DNA of 64,000 bases, taken from Minisyncoccota bacterium (GTDB taxonomy: Bacteria > Patescibacteriota > Minisyncoccia > Phycocordibacterales > UBA9973). The translations under genes were made by a program, and so were the position numbers. Shown one piece after another: positions 10,074-20,485 of the stretch. A model generated the notes under the pieces. That model did not search any database and was not told the DNA's origin. It saw only the letters and a program-made list of their open reading frames with translations. The stretch covers positions 19,405 through 83,404 of the forward strand of contig JBAYKP010000003.1 of the NCBI GenBank assembly GCA_041664465.1, in the 5' to 3' direction. The first letter of the stretch is position 1. Each line of letters starts with the position of its first letter.

Positions 10074-11171
10074 TTATCTATTCATTGGCATTACCAAGTA
10101 CATAAAAGATGAATCTCCTACTGGTCTTATTATCATCGGTCTATTATTGCCATTGAACTCAAGTACAAGTGAGTCCGCAGTCACAGACAAGAAGCAATCT
10201 ATAATATATTTGTAATTAAAATTAAGTAAAACATTTTCTCCAGAAATTGCTGCCCCAATAAGTGTAATATTTTCACCAATATCTGTATTCTTAGCTTCTA
10301 TTTCAAAAACTTTTTCGGATGGTTTGATATTGAAAGTAACTTCATTAAATTTATTTGAAAAAATATTTGATATTTTAAGAGATGAAATAAAGTCTTGTTT
10401 TAATAAAGTGGCTTCGGTGGTAGGATTCTTGGGGATTATTTGTTTGTAATCTGGGAAAGATCCATCGATAATCCTCGAAGTAAGATAAACATTAGCAGAT
10501 GAAAATGATATTTGATTTTTCTGAAGAGTAATCTTAATATCACCTTCTATAGAATCAAGAACCTTAATAATTTCAACTGTATTTTTAAAAGGAAGTAATA
10601 TTCCACTGAAAGAGAGCTTTTGTTTTACTTTTACTTTCTTTTCTGCCAATCTAAACGAATCAGTGGCCACAAAGACAAGGAGATCATCTTCTGGATATAT
10701 ATAAACACTTCCTATTTCTGGTTTAATCTCAGATATAGAAGCACTATAATAAACAGATTTTATCCCTTCTAAAAATTTCTTGGCTGGTATGAGCAATTCT
10801 TCTCCTTGTATAACTGGAATAGTTGGAAAGTCTTCATTTGGGATACTCTTCAAAATAATGGTATTTAATTTTGTTTTAACAGATAAATTATTATTAATTA
10901 ATTCAAAAGAAACAATTTGATCACCAGAAAGTACAGAAAACAAAGACGAGAGGACATCACTTCTTATGGCTACTACTCCCTCTTTCTCAATTTTAGCTGG
11001 GACTTCCATCTCTATACCAATGTTTAAATTTGTAGCTCTTAGTTTCAATGTTTTACCAGTAGCTACCCAGAGAACAGAACCAAGTACTGGTAGAGTTAGA
11101 TTCTTGCCTGTTATTCTATCTACTATCATCAATGCGTTTTTAATTTTTTCTATTGAGCATTCTAACTTCAT
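10074..11171 (-). CDS. dnaN: DNA polymerase III beta clamp
   Basis: ATNL.IG, ATDSFRLA, G.FPDY and YLVMPM motifs; adjacent to dnaA. Confidence 0.97.
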   Translation of the reverse strand: MKLECSIEKIKNALMIVDRITGKNLTLPVLGSVLWVATGKTLKLRATNLNIGIEMEVPAKIEKEGVVAIRSDVLSSLFSVLSGDQIVSFELINNNLSVKTKLNTIILKSIPNEDFPTIPVIQGEELLIPAKKFLEGIKSVYYSASISEIKPEIGSVYIYPEDDLLVFVATDSFRLAEKKVKVKQKLSFSGILLPFKNTVEIIKVLDSIEGDIKITLQKNQISFSSANVYLTSRIIDGSFPDYKQIIPKNPTTEATLLKQDFISSLKISNIFSNKFNEVTFNIKPSEKVFEIEAKNTDIGENITLIGAAISGENVLLNFNYKYIIDCFLSVTADSLVLEFNGNNRPMIIRPVGDSSFMYLVMPMNR

Positions 11172-11386
11172 ATATTTGTATAGTTAATTTATTAATATAA
11201 TTTATTATTACTACTATGGGTGTGAATATGTGTATTACTTTTTTATATATATTTTACTTATGTTATTTTTTATTTTTAATAATTTTTGATTTAACTATTT
11301 TTGAATAAATATTTTTATAATACTTTTGGACAAAGTTATTAACATTTTTATCTTTTATAAACACAGTTTATCCACATAGATATAAT
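11172..11386. other. Replication origin oriC
   Basis: Very AT-rich dnaA-dnaN intergenic region; TTATCCACA at 11368-11376; degenerate boxes at 11221-11237 and 11336-11363; TAN trinucleotide repeats at 11203-11217. Confidence 0.85.
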
Positions 11387-12736
11387 TTACTTAAACATAA
11401 TTCTTATTTTTTCAATCTCTTGTAATAATGCTGGGTCTGTTTTCAAATCTTCTTTTATCTTTAAATGTGAGTGGATAGCAGTAGTATGATCTCTTCCCCC
11501 CAATTTGCTTCCTATAAGAGGATAAGAGATGTTGAAATCTTCTCGGAGGATATACATTGCTACTTGTCTAGCCTTCACTATTTCTTTGCGTCGCGTCTTC
11601 TCATATATAACTTCTTCAGAAATTCCATAATGATTAGCGATAACACCCACAATATCCTTAATAGCTACGGTTTTCTTGGGTTTAATATTATTTTTAATAA
11701 GAGCCTTAATTTCGTTTAAAGATAACGATTTGTTTTTAAGTTGAGTCTGACAAATTATTGTGTTTAGGCTACCTTCAAGCTCACGGATGTTTCCCTCAAG
11801 TATCTCTGCTAGATAAGAAATTACATCATTTTCTATAATTGAATTAGTGGATTCAAATTTAGCCTTTATAATTGCAACTCTTGATTCATAATCTGGCTCA
11901 ACAATTTGGACGGTCATCCCAGAGGCGAATCTAGACTGAAGTCTTTCCTCTAATCCTTGTATGAAATTAGGGTGTTTATCAGAAGAAAAGATAATCTGTT
12001 TATTACTTTCGTATAAAGTATTAAAAAGGTGGAATAATTCTTCTTGGGTTTTATCTTTACCAGAGATGAATTGAATATCATCCATTATAATCACATCATA
12101 TTTGCGGTATTTTTCTTTGAAGGAATTTGGGTTCTTGTTTTGGATTGAATTTATATAATCAATTGCAAATCTTTCCAATGAAACATAATATATTTTCTTG
12201 TTTGGGTGTTTTATCTTTATGGTATTACCTATGGCTTGTATCATATGAGTTTTACCAAGACCTGTCCCTCCATAAACAAAGAAAGGATTATAATTTTGCC
12301 CTGGGTTAGCGATAATCGCTTGAGCGACAGCATAAGCCAGCTCATTGAAAGGTCCTACAATGAAAGAATTAAAATTATACTTTGGGTTTAAGTTATCTTC
12401 TTTGTTTAAATATAAATCGTTTAATGGAAGCTCTTTATTTATATTTATTTGTTTATGAACTACATTTTCTATGTTTTTATTTGAGATTTCATTTTTGTGA
12501 ATTATATATTCAATACTACGTATCCCCTCTTCATAGCTTATGATTGTCTTTAATATTAGTTTGTGAAATTTATTATAAAGCCAATCCTTCACAAATTCAT
12601 TGGGAACTCCAATATATAAAGTCCCACCCTCTTCTTTTATTATTGATGTATTCTTAAACCAAGTCGTGAAATTAGCCTTTGATATATTTAATTCTACCTC
12701 AGACAGACACTTTTCCCAGAGTTCTTTTGTATTCAT
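11387..12736 (-). CDS. dnaA: Chromosomal replication initiator DnaA
   Basis: YNPFFVYGGTGLGKTH, DDIQF, NIRELEG and GGRDHTT; start at 12736 (MNTKELW) lies 7 nt after TATAAT. Confidence 0.97.
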   Translation of the reverse strand: MNTKELWEKCLSEVELNISKANFTTWFKNTSIIKEEGGTLYIGVPNEFVKDWLYNKFHKLILKTIISYEEGIRSIEYIIHKNEISNKNIENVVHKQININKELPLNDLYLNKEDNLNPKYNFNSFIVGPFNELAYAVAQAIIANPGQNYNPFFVYGGTGLGKTHMIQAIGNTIKIKHPNKKIYYVSLERFAIDYINSIQNKNPNSFKEKYRKYDVIIMDDIQFISGKDKTQEELFHLFNTLYESNKQIIFSSDKHPNFIQGLEERLQSRFASGMTVQIVEPDYESRVAIIKAKFESTNSIIENDVISYLAEILEGNIRELEGSLNTIICQTQLKNKSLSLNEIKALIKNNIKPKKTVAIKDIVGVIANHYGISEEVIYEKTRRKEIVKARQVAMYILREDFNISYPLIGSKLGGRDHTTAIHSHLKIKEDLKTDPALLQEIEKIRIMFK

Positions 12737-12792
12737 AGAAACCATTATACTCGTGTTTTCAAAAACACAATAATTAAATACCTTAATTAAGC

Positions 12793-12824
12793 TGTTGATA
12801 ACGTGTGGATATGTTTTCCTCCAC
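12793..12824. promoter_or_regulatory. DnaA boxes in the dnaA-rpmH intergenic region
   Basis: TGTTGATAA 12793-12801, TGTGGATAT 12804-12812, and a weak TCCTCCACA near 12817-12825. Confidence 0.6.
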
Positions 12825-12862
12825 ATATTGCTTTATATGTCATTTTAGTATATATTTTCCAT

Positions 12863-13003
12863 ATGTCTTTAACATATCAACCAAACAAAAGAAAAAGAGC
12901 CAAGACCCACGGATTCTTAGTTCGTGCTAAAACCCCAGGAGGTAAAAAGGTTACGAAGGCACGTCGTCAGAAAGGACGCGCTAAAGTATCAATTGCAAAA
13001 TAA
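12863..13003 (+). CDS. rpmH: 50S ribosomal protein L34
   Basis: [27 protein letters not shown]; divergent from dnaA. Confidence 0.95.
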   Translation: MSLTYQPNKRKRAKTHGFLVRAKTPGGKKVTKARRQKGRAKVSIAK

Positions 13004-13005
13004 TT

Positions 13006-13326
13006 ATGCTCGCAAAGAAAAAACGAATCACCAAAAATACTTTTCAAACCATTATGGAGAAAGGAAGTATCGTTTCTGGTTCGTTTTTTCTTTTGCGTTA
13101 TTTAAGACAACCATCCCCTATTTATGCCTTCGTAGCTCCTAAAAAGATTGCCAAGACTGCGGTTAAAAGGAATTCCCTTCGAAGAATTGGTTATAATATC
13201 CTCCGTTCATATGATCTGGAATCTTGTGCTGGAATATTTTTTTATAAAAAAGAAGCATTATCGGCTACCAACATAGATCTTAAAAAAGATATAGAAACTA
13301 TATTAAAGAAAATTAATCTAATTTAG
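13006..13326 (+). CDS. rnpA: RNase P protein component
   Basis: KKIAKTAVKRNSLRR (RNR-type motif); follows rpmH. Confidence 0.9.
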   Translation: MLAKKKRITKNTFQTIMEKGSIVSGSFFLLRYLRQPSPIYAFVAPKKIAKTAVKRNSLRRIGYNILRSYDLESCAGIFFYKKEALSATNIDLKKDIETILKKINLI

Positions 13327-13331
13327 ATAAT

Positions 13332-13538
13332 ATGAAAAGATTTTTTATAAAATTAATTAATTTTTATCAAAAAATTCCATTCAAATCACATAATTCCTGT
13401 GTATTCTTGCCTACTTGTTCAGAATATACTAAAGAAGCTATTCTTCGGTATGGTATTTTAACCGGTATTTATAAGGGTTTTAAGAGAATTCTTCGTTGTC
13501 ATCCTTGGCAGAAAAAGCATTATGATCCACTAAAATAA
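13332..13538 (+). CDS. yidD: Membrane protein insertion efficiency factor
   Basis: C.F.PTCSEY..EAI..YG and RILRCHPW motifs. Confidence 0.92.
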   Translation: MKRFFIKLINFYQKIPFKSHNSCVFLPTCSEYTKEAILRYGILTGIYKGFKRILRCHPWQKKHYDPLK

Positions 13539-13580
13539 TTAATAATTTTTAATTATTAATTAATATGCTACAATAGAGCA

Positions 13581-14324
13581 ATGTCAGCTTTATGGAACAC
13601 CATCTTTTATCAGCCAATTTATAATATCCTTATGTTTATTATAAACCACGTCACTTTCGGTGATGTTGGTTTTGCTATTATAATAGTGACCATTATCGTC
13701 AAACTTATTCTTTCTCCTCTCACCAAAAAGTCCATTAAAAGCCAGATTCTTATGAAGAGAATGGAGCCCGAAATCAAACTTATCAAGAAGAATTATCCCA
13801 ATAAAGAAGAACAAGCTAAAAAAACCTTTGAATTATATAAGAAATATGGGACCAATCCGTTTTCTGGTTGCTTGGTAGTATTACTTCAATTGCCAGTTAT
13901 TTTCGCTTTGTATTATGTATTTTTAAAAGGGCTTTCTCTAGACACCATAAATACTAGTCTAATTTATCCTTTTGTAGGCGTTCCTTCTCTTATGCATACC
14001 AACTTCTTAGGCTTTATAGAAATGGGAGGCAAAAGCATAATTCTAGCCGTTTTAGCGGGAGTTACGCAGTTCGTTCAAGGGTATCTCTCCTCCCCTATCA
14101 CTCCCAAAGTTGAAGTTGTGGGAGATGCCACCCCCAATGAACCTAGGACATTTCAAGATGAATTATCTAGTAGTATGCAGACTAATGTGAAATATATTCT
14201 CCCAATATTTATAGCTTTCATTTCTTGGCAAATTTCAGCTGCGGTTGCTCTCTACTTTGTTATTAGTAATATATTTACTATTCTTCAAGAATGGTATATA
14301 AGAAGAACATTAGATAATAAATAA
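13581..14324 (+). CDS. yidC: YidC/Oxa1 membrane protein insertase
   Basis: GFAIIIVTIIVKLIL.PL, NPFSGC..LLQLP and LYF..SN.F..LQ motifs. Confidence 0.93.
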   Translation: MSALWNTIFYQPIYNILMFIINHVTFGDVGFAIIIVTIIVKLILSPLTKKSIKSQILMKRMEPEIKLIKKNYPNKEEQAKKTFELYKKYGTNPFSGCLVVLLQLPVIFALYYVFLKGLSLDTINTSLIYPFVGVPSLMHTNFLGFIEMGGKSIILAVLAGVTQFVQGYLSSPITPKVEVVGDATPNEPRTFQDELSSSMQTNVKYILPIFIAFISWQISAAVALYFVISNIFTILQEWYIRRTLDNK

Positions 14325-14332
14325 ATTTCAAT

Positions 14333-14794
14333 ATGGATCAAGAACTTGTAAAATCAATCATAGAAAATATTTTTACACATACAGCTTGTACTATTTCCAA
14401 GTGCGAACTATCCCTTGAAGATGGGATGCTTTGGTGTATGATTGAAACTCCAGATTCAAGATTTATGATTGGACGTGAAGGAGAGACCCTCAGATCCCTC
14501 AATCATTTAGTCCGTAAGATTGCTGAGAAGGCAAGTGGCACAGAAGAAATTTCTAATATCTTTGTGGATGTGAATGGATATCAAAAGAAAAGATTTGATA
14601 ATCTGAAAAATATTGCTCATATGATGGCCGAGAGAGCCCGCTATTTTAAGAGTAATATCGAGATTGATCCTATGCCTGCCAATGAACGTCGCATTGTTCA
14701 TATGTTCTTAGAGAAGATTCCAGATATTAAAACAGAATCAGAAGGCTATGGACCAGAGAGAAGAGTGGTAATTAAATATATAGGAAACAACTAA
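14333..14794 (+). CDS. jag: Jag/KhpB RNA-binding protein (KH + R3H, no Jag_N)
   Basis: IGREGETL KH motif and PM...ERRIVH R3H motif; follows yidC. Confidence 0.85.
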   Translation: MDQELVKSIIENIFTHTACTISKCELSLEDGMLWCMIETPDSRFMIGREGETLRSLNHLVRKIAEKASGTEEISNIFVDVNGYQKKRFDNLKNIAHMMAERARYFKSNIEIDPMPANERRIVHMFLEKIPDIKTESEGYGPERRVVIKYIGNN

Positions 14795-14796
14795 AT

Positions 14797-14837
14797 CTCC
14801 CCCTGCTAAGGGGGAGTGCCTGAAAGGCGAGGGGGTC
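14797..14837 (+). repeat. Family B double-hairpin repeat
   Basis: CTCCCCCTGCTAAGGGGGAG-TGCCTGAAAGGC-GAGGGGGTC between convergent genes. Confidence 0.85.
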
Positions 14838-16038
14838 AAAGATCCAAACTCCACAGCATACCGTCTTTTTTGTTTATGAAGAATAAACTATTTTCTTTAT
14901 CACTTAGGAATAAATTAGTAGCATCTATGGGTGTCTCATTGCTAGAATTGGCAAAGGTAGTAGTCTCTTTAGTCTGGGTATTTATTTTTATAAATCTATC
15001 TTCAAAAGATATTAACCCTTGATACCAATAATCAGGATATTGCGTTCCTATTATTGTATTGGGGATAGCGCAATAAGCATTTATATTGTCATTACTCCAA
15101 ACACACTTCTCAGGTAATCCATATATATCTAAATCAAAAGATGTATGATTTTTAATATTAAAAACGTTTAATTTAGGGCCGATATTAAGAGAGGCTCCAT
15201 ATAATACAAGGTTGCCATTACTACTGGCAAGAGTCGTGAGGCCTGGGATACCTCCGAAAAGTTTCGTCAATGTTCCATTGGTAGTATTTAGACTGAAAGT
15301 ACTTCCATCTACTAGATAAGATGGCTTAGTAGTCAGATAGACGCCTTGATTTGTAACCCATTGTGGCAACCACTCAGAGAAACTAGAAGTGAAGACTTGG
15401 GAAGTCTTCGTCTCATCAAAAGGTTTAATCACTCCTATCACACCATTTTTATTTTTTATAATAGAAAAGAATTTAGTTTTGTCTGGAGATAGGCTGACTG
15501 CTGTAATATCAGGGTTTAAGAAACTGCCACTCTTCCCTCCAAGAGAAGCAAGGAAGCTTGTAATACTTTTATCATCAGATGAGGCATATCTATAAACAAT
15601 AGAAGTTCCACTGCCATTGAAAATTGTTTCGTAGACACTCGGAATTGTGGAATTTGATATTTTTCCAGTTATTTTCGTATCTAGATAAATTTGATATATA
15701 TGTCCAGTGGCACGTTCTACATATCGTAGTGATGGCACTGCTACCCCGTCTCTCATATCTTCAAAGAAGACAGCTCCAGCTACCGCGAAGTCTGTTATTT
15801 TATGGAAGCGTGAATTCTCCTTGATCACTTCTCCGGTTGTTGATGTGGTCACTTCATTTGGAGTAGTTGTCGTAGGAACTTTTGAACTTGTGCCAAAGGG
15901 ATTAAACTTTTGGTAAATACTTGTATTTGGGTCAGTTACAGCTACTCCCCTACTTTTGTTATAGAAATAAATACCGAGCATTATCGCTCCTACAAGTATA
16001 AACGCTGTTATGAAAATAATTATTGTTTTTCGTGGCAT
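14836..16038 (-). CDS. Membrane-anchored protein, probable beta-propeller
   Basis: N-terminal TM, T-rich linker, SLSPDK and CVWS repeats; last gene of the T4SS-like cluster. Confidence 0.7.
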   Translation of the reverse strand: MPRKTIIIFITAFILVGAIMLGIYFYNKSRGVAVTDPNTSIYQKFNPFGTSSKVPTTTTPNEVTTSTTGEVIKENSRFHKITDFAVAGAVFFEDMRDGVAVPSLRYVERATGHIYQIYLDTKITGKISNSTIPSVYETIFNGSGTSIVYRYASSDDKSITSFLASLGGKSGSFLNPDITAVSLSPDKTKFFSIIKNKNGVIGVIKPFDETKTSQVFTSSFSEWLPQWVTNQGVYLTTKPSYLVDGSTFSLNTTNGTLTKLFGGIPGLTTLASSNGNLVLYGASLNIGPKLNVFNIKNHTSFDLDIYGLPEKCVWSNDNINAYCAIPNTIIGTQYPDYWYQGLISFEDRFIKINTQTKETTTFANSSNETPIDATNLFLSDKENSLFFINKKDGMLWSLDL

Positions 16039-16049
16039 AAATTAATTAT

Positions 16050-17525
16050 TTAACACCCCCAACCATTTGCTGTTAGTTTATTAAAGTTGGCTTCAACTCT
16101 TGGTGCATATATTCTAGTTTGTTGGTATCCAGCATAAGCCGTGCATTGCCAATTTGTTGATCCTGGGCAAGCAGTAGCCTCTTTATTTGCACCAGGTCCC
16201 CCATTATAAGATGCAGCTAAATATTGTATATTTGAGATGTCACATACTGAAGATTTTGCAGAAAGATTACAACCATTTTTTTGGAGTTTGCTGAGATAAC
16301 TTGCACCAGCCATTATGTTTGTTTGTGCATCCATAGGGTCAGATCCTACACCTTGTTCCGCAAAGGTTTTTGGCATAAGCTGTATGAGTCCTTGAGCTCC
16401 TGATGGGCTTGTTAGATTATTTACCCCTCCAGACTCAGCATACATAAAAGATTTTAAGAGAGTACAACTCAATCCGTATTTTGAAGCAGCAGTTTTCAAC
16501 TGAGCATCGTATGTAGTTATATTTTTATTGGCATTTGGATTTCCAGGAGTTCCAATTGTAACTCCATAATAACCTCCGCCAGATGTTTGGGTTATTTCTA
16601 CACTTGCGGTATCTATTACCAACCCCTCTTTCCCTGTCAGTGCTGGATTGATAGTATTGAGTAATGCCCAAGCGCCGAGAGCTATGATTAATCCAAGGAC
16701 AGCTGAGAACATTTTCTTTTTCGCTTCAGTTTTGCCGAAAACAGATTCATCCCCCATATATGAGACTCCAGCTATTATAAGCATTATGACTGCAAGAGCA
16801 GCACATATCCCAATAGCAAGCTTGAAAATTATATTTAGATATTTCCCGATATCATTTGATATACAGTTTGTATCTTTACCACTTGAATCCATACAAGTAA
16901 TGTTGCCGATAGGAGCCAGCATTTTATAAATACTTTTATTCTCCGCAACATTTATTTTAGGAGTGACATCCACAGCAGGATCTTCTGCTAGTGCTATGGT
17001 TCCACTTGCATATATTTCATTATAATTACCATTAAAATCAGGATTAGCATTATAAATTTTCCAATGGAAAGGGACATTATTCTCTTTTGTTATTGAGAAA
17101 AGAAGCGCCATTGGGATTCTTACTGTTTTTTCTATTGTTTTCCCTTTATTTTCATCAGCGTTCATTTTTGTAACATACATCACCCCGTTGTCACTATTAG
17201 CTATAATCTCTGCTGGTGCTTCCGATAAACCAGATTTAAGAACAGTCCCACGAAGATCAAGCCGCTTACTATTAATATCAGCCTCAAAATACGAGTTAGC
17301 GTTTATGTCATTTGGTGACCCCATTGTTGTTGGGTTGTCTGCAACCTTAAAAGTAAAAGTAAAATCGTAATATTGACCACCAAAATTATTTACATCATAT
17401 TTATAAAGGTTAAGTGGAACATTTTTATTAATTAAAGAAATATTACCCGCCAATACCGAAGCAGGCATAATGAGATTTGTAAATAAAATAAACGATATTA
17501 AAATAGAAGAAAATATTTTTTTCAT
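16050..17525 (-). CDS. T4SS-type pilin domain fused to an SLT lytic transglycosylase
   Basis: Central hydrophobic hairpin (LAVIMLIIAG..Y...EAK......GLIIALGAW.LLNTINP.L); C-terminal AESGG, GAQGLIQLMP, NI.AGA.YL and AASYNGGPG motifs. Confidence 0.8.
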   Translation of the reverse strand: MKKIFSSILISFILFTNLIMPASVLAGNISLINKNVPLNLYKYDVNNFGGQYYDFTFTFKVADNPTTMGSPNDINANSYFEADINSKRLDLRGTVLKSGLSEAPAEIIANSDNGVMYVTKMNADENKGKTIEKTVRIPMALLFSITKENNVPFHWKIYNANPDFNGNYNEIYASGTIALAEDPAVDVTPKINVAENKSIYKMLAPIGNITCMDSSGKDTNCISNDIGKYLNIIFKLAIGICAALAVIMLIIAGVSYMGDESVFGKTEAKKKMFSAVLGLIIALGAWALLNTINPALTGKEGLVIDTASVEITQTSGGGYYGVTIGTPGNPNANKNITTYDAQLKTAASKYGLSCTLLKSFMYAESGGVNNLTSPSGAQGLIQLMPKTFAEQGVGSDPMDAQTNIMAGASYLSKLQKNGCNLSAKSSVCDISNIQYLAASYNGGPGANKEATACPGSTNWQCTAYAGYQQTRIYAPRVEANFNKLTANGWGC

Positions 17526-17526
17526 A

Positions 17527-18531
17527 TTATAGTGTTAATTTTAATTGGCCAGTAACTTTTTGGAATAATTTACTTATATTCTCAAATGTGACATTTATAT
17601 CTGCATATCCCCCACGAGCTGTAGGTCTTATAGTTAGCTCTGTCTTTTTAAAAGGTGTAGAGATAGGATCTCCGTTTATATTCCAATTATAATTGAAATT
17701 ATCTTCACTACCTTTTATTGCAAGGAAATATGGCACAGCTACCATCGTCATCTCATCCCCTGTGAAAATTGTATCACTATTTAAAGCATTATTATATAGA
17801 GTCCCTTCGGTTGGCGATTTCTTATAAAAAATTACCTTCGGAGAATATGAAGAAACTGTTGTTGTTCTTTCAGCAGTATAATTCTCACCGACAGAAGAAG
17901 CTACTACTGTTATCATATTTTCTGTATCAAACAAATCATTACTGAAAACAAAAGAATTCTTATTATACCCAGAAGCATCAGTCACAGCGTTGTCATTATT
18001 TTTCCACGAGTAAGAAACATTTCCACCGCCAGACTTTATGGTATCTGTATTGGGGATTGCTACGGCTTTTATAATACCACCCCGAGAAGGGAGAGCCTTA
18101 CCTTTATAAAAGGGTGGCACGTATCCATCGAGAGATTCCCAGAGTAATTCAATCTCAGAAGGCGAGATAGAGACACTCTTCGTAATAGTACTCATAGCCC
18201 CAACAGGCTTTATCATAATATCAAAATTGGTTGTAGTATTAGGGCCTAAGGCTTTAAAAGAATAATCAGTCTTCCCTATTCCAGACAGCACAACCTTGGA
18301 GTTCATTTGCCAAGATATCGTAGCTTTATTCAAGTCGGTCGCGTAACTTGATATACTTATAGAGACATCCTCATATGGTTGTGGATTTTTAGGAGAGATT
18401 GTCACAATAATCTCATCTTCTTGGGTATTTATTTGCATTTCAGCAAAAGAAAAAGAATGAATAGACAATAGACTAACCATAAAAATCACCCCAATTAAAA
18501 ATTTCATTTTTATAAGCTTCACTTTATACAT
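17527..18531 (-). CDS. Secreted beta-rich (Ig-like) hypothetical protein
   Basis: Signal peptide and beta-strand pattern with YVPPFYKGKALP; start may be 18507. Confidence 0.7.
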   Translation of the reverse strand: MYKVKLIKMKFLIGVIFMVSLLSIHSFSFAEMQINTQEDEIIVTISPKNPQPYEDVSISISSYATDLNKATISWQMNSKVVLSGIGKTDYSFKALGPNTTTNFDIMIKPVGAMSTITKSVSISPSEIELLWESLDGYVPPFYKGKALPSRGGIIKAVAIPNTDTIKSGGGNVSYSWKNNDNAVTDASGYNKNSFVFSNDLFDTENMITVVASSVGENYTAERTTTVSSYSPKVIFYKKSPTEGTLYNNALNSDTIFTGDEMTMVAVPYFLAIKGSEDNFNYNWNINGDPISTPFKKTELTIRPTARGGYADINVTFENISKLFQKVTGQLKLTL

Positions 18532-18561
18532 TATATAATATTTACCAAGTTATTGCATTTT

Positions 18562-18648
18562 CTCCCCTCCTTACCAAGGAGGGGACCAAGGAGAGGTTCT
18601 TAATTAATTAGGAACCTCTCCCTCCCCTCTCCTTAGTAAGGAGAGGAG
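18562..18648. repeat. Family A palindromic repeat
   Basis: CCCCTCCTTACCAAGGAGGGG...GGTTCTTAATTAATTAGGAACC...CTCTCCTTAGTAAGGAGAG. Confidence 0.9.
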
Positions 18649-20478
18649 CTAATTACCACCCGACACAGCCAGATCATCCTTTGCTTTCTTAATAGCAAGG
18701 ATTTGAGATGGATCAGATGTGATAATTTGGTCTTCTGTATATGAAGCGATTGTCTTGATGGCTACGTGCTTGAGTCCAGCAAAGAATATTCCTTCTCCGA
18801 CATTGGCTTCGAGAAGTAGATACTTTTCTTCATCAGTAAGACTGAAAGTCTTCTGGAGGACATCAATAGTCGCTGGGGATTGCTTTAATAGAAGCTGAAT
18901 AGAAGAGTTCGTCACGATAGGCACGCCATAAGGGCTCTTCATAAAGTCCCCTACATCTTGGGTAATAGTAGCCAGACCTAGATAATATTTACGCCCTCTC
19001 TTAGCAATAGAATAAAGGAATGAAGCGGTATCTTCTGATTTCATCATCCACCAAGCTTCATCCACGACGAGTAATCGCTTCTTAAGATTTTTACGGACAG
19101 CATTCCAGATGAAGTGAGTGACTATATACATAGCCACAGGCTTGAGTTCATCTTCCATATCTCGCACAGAAAAGACGACGAATTTACGATTGATATCCAC
19201 ATTGGATGGTCTATTGATAAATGATGCCCAAGAACCGTGCGTATACTTCGCGATACGCTGTATTAGAGAGTTACTTCCCTCCATTCCAGCGAGGACAACT
19301 TCAAAGTCTGAAAGAAGTGGAGGTTCTATATTTGCAAAATTGGAAGATGCCGTTATGTCTTTCAGGGCATAAGTCTCTGTTATAGCTCGGTCTATGATGG
19401 AATCCTCTTCTGGCGTAAGTCCTCCGAGCATTATTCGGAATAATCCTACGAGGTTTATGGTATTGGAGCGGAGGACGTCGGCGGCTGTCTCATCCGGTCG
19501 TGGTATTGGTAGATCAAATGGGTTGATATGGTGGTCAGAGGAGAGGGCGATATTGAAATATCTACCACCTATGGCTTCTGCCAAGTATTCATATTCACGT
19601 TCAGGGTCTATGACAATAACTTCTGCATCAAACATAAGTGTACGGATAATTTCAAGCTTCGTGGCATAAGATTTACCAGCTCCAGCTGTGGCGAAAGTTA
19701 TAGAGTTGTAGTTTGGAAGAGAAAATCTGTCAAAAATGATAAGACTAGAGTTGTGCCTGTTCACTCCATAGAGAATTCCCTTATCTGAAGTCAAATCAAA
19801 TGAGACAAAAGGGAAAATACTTGAGAGAGGCTCTGTATCAAGCTTCTGATGAATTCCTAAAATATCAGTCCCCAGAGGAATAACACTTTTGAAGCCTTCA
19901 ACTTGTTGGAATAATGCTGGCTTCAAGTAGACAAGCTTAGAATCTAGAAGAGACTTCACCTCACTCTCTATTTTGAACAAATCATTTTCATTATCAGCAT
20001 AGACAGTAATATAAAGCCCCACATCAAACATTTTATTTTGAGCTTGCATTAGACTGTCACGCAAATTCTCGAGATCTTGGTAGGCAGTATCTAGCATCGG
20101 GTCGCGGACCAAACCTTTGGACTCACGGACAGATATTTGGCTTTGAACTTCCGCCACTTTCTTTTGGAAAGATCTTAGTATGTCGGCAGTTTCTATTGGG
20201 TGTATGAAGATAGAGACGTCAAAAATTTTGTCCAAGTTCACAATTGGTGAGAACCAATTATCCGTAAGATATCTAGGATAAGAAATGACGAAGAAAGTCC
20301 TCGCTATCTTATCTCCTAAATTTATAGACTTGGGGGTTATCTGAAGTGCCGAAGGTGCGATTACATCTTGGAGCTCAAGAGTGGCCGCTTTGTATATTTC
20401 GGTTGGCAAAACAGGCATAACGGTATTCGTCTGTTTTGATTTATTGCCCCCACTAAATATTGATGAAAATATTCCCAT
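18649..20478 (-). CDS. virB4: VirB4/TraC-like ATPase
   Basis: Walker A ATAGAGKS, VIDPEREY, INPFD, Walker B VVDEAW, KRGRKY and TQD motifs. Confidence 0.88.
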   Translation of the reverse strand: MGIFSSIFSGGNKSKQTNTVMPVLPTEIYKAATLELQDVIAPSALQITPKSINLGDKIARTFFVISYPRYLTDNWFSPIVNLDKIFDVSIFIHPIETADILRSFQKKVAEVQSQISVRESKGLVRDPMLDTAYQDLENLRDSLMQAQNKMFDVGLYITVYADNENDLFKIESEVKSLLDSKLVYLKPALFQQVEGFKSVIPLGTDILGIHQKLDTEPLSSIFPFVSFDLTSDKGILYGVNRHNSSLIIFDRFSLPNYNSITFATAGAGKSYATKLEIIRTLMFDAEVIVIDPEREYEYLAEAIGGRYFNIALSSDHHINPFDLPIPRPDETAADVLRSNTINLVGLFRIMLGGLTPEEDSIIDRAITETYALKDITASSNFANIEPPLLSDFEVVLAGMEGSNSLIQRIAKYTHGSWASFINRPSNVDINRKFVVFSVRDMEDELKPVAMYIVTHFIWNAVRKNLKKRLLVVDEAWWMMKSEDTASFLYSIAKRGRKYYLGLATITQDVGDFMKSPYGVPIVTNSSIQLLLKQSPATIDVLQKTFSLTDEEKYLLLEANVGEGIFFAGLKHVAIKTIASYTEDQIITSDPSQILAIKKAKDDLAVSGGN

Positions 20479-20485
20479 AATAATT

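Noticed and set aside
12737-12826. Longer dnaA start from the ORF track
   Set aside because: The extension covers the promoter and DnaA boxes; MNTKELW matches the normal DnaA N-terminus.
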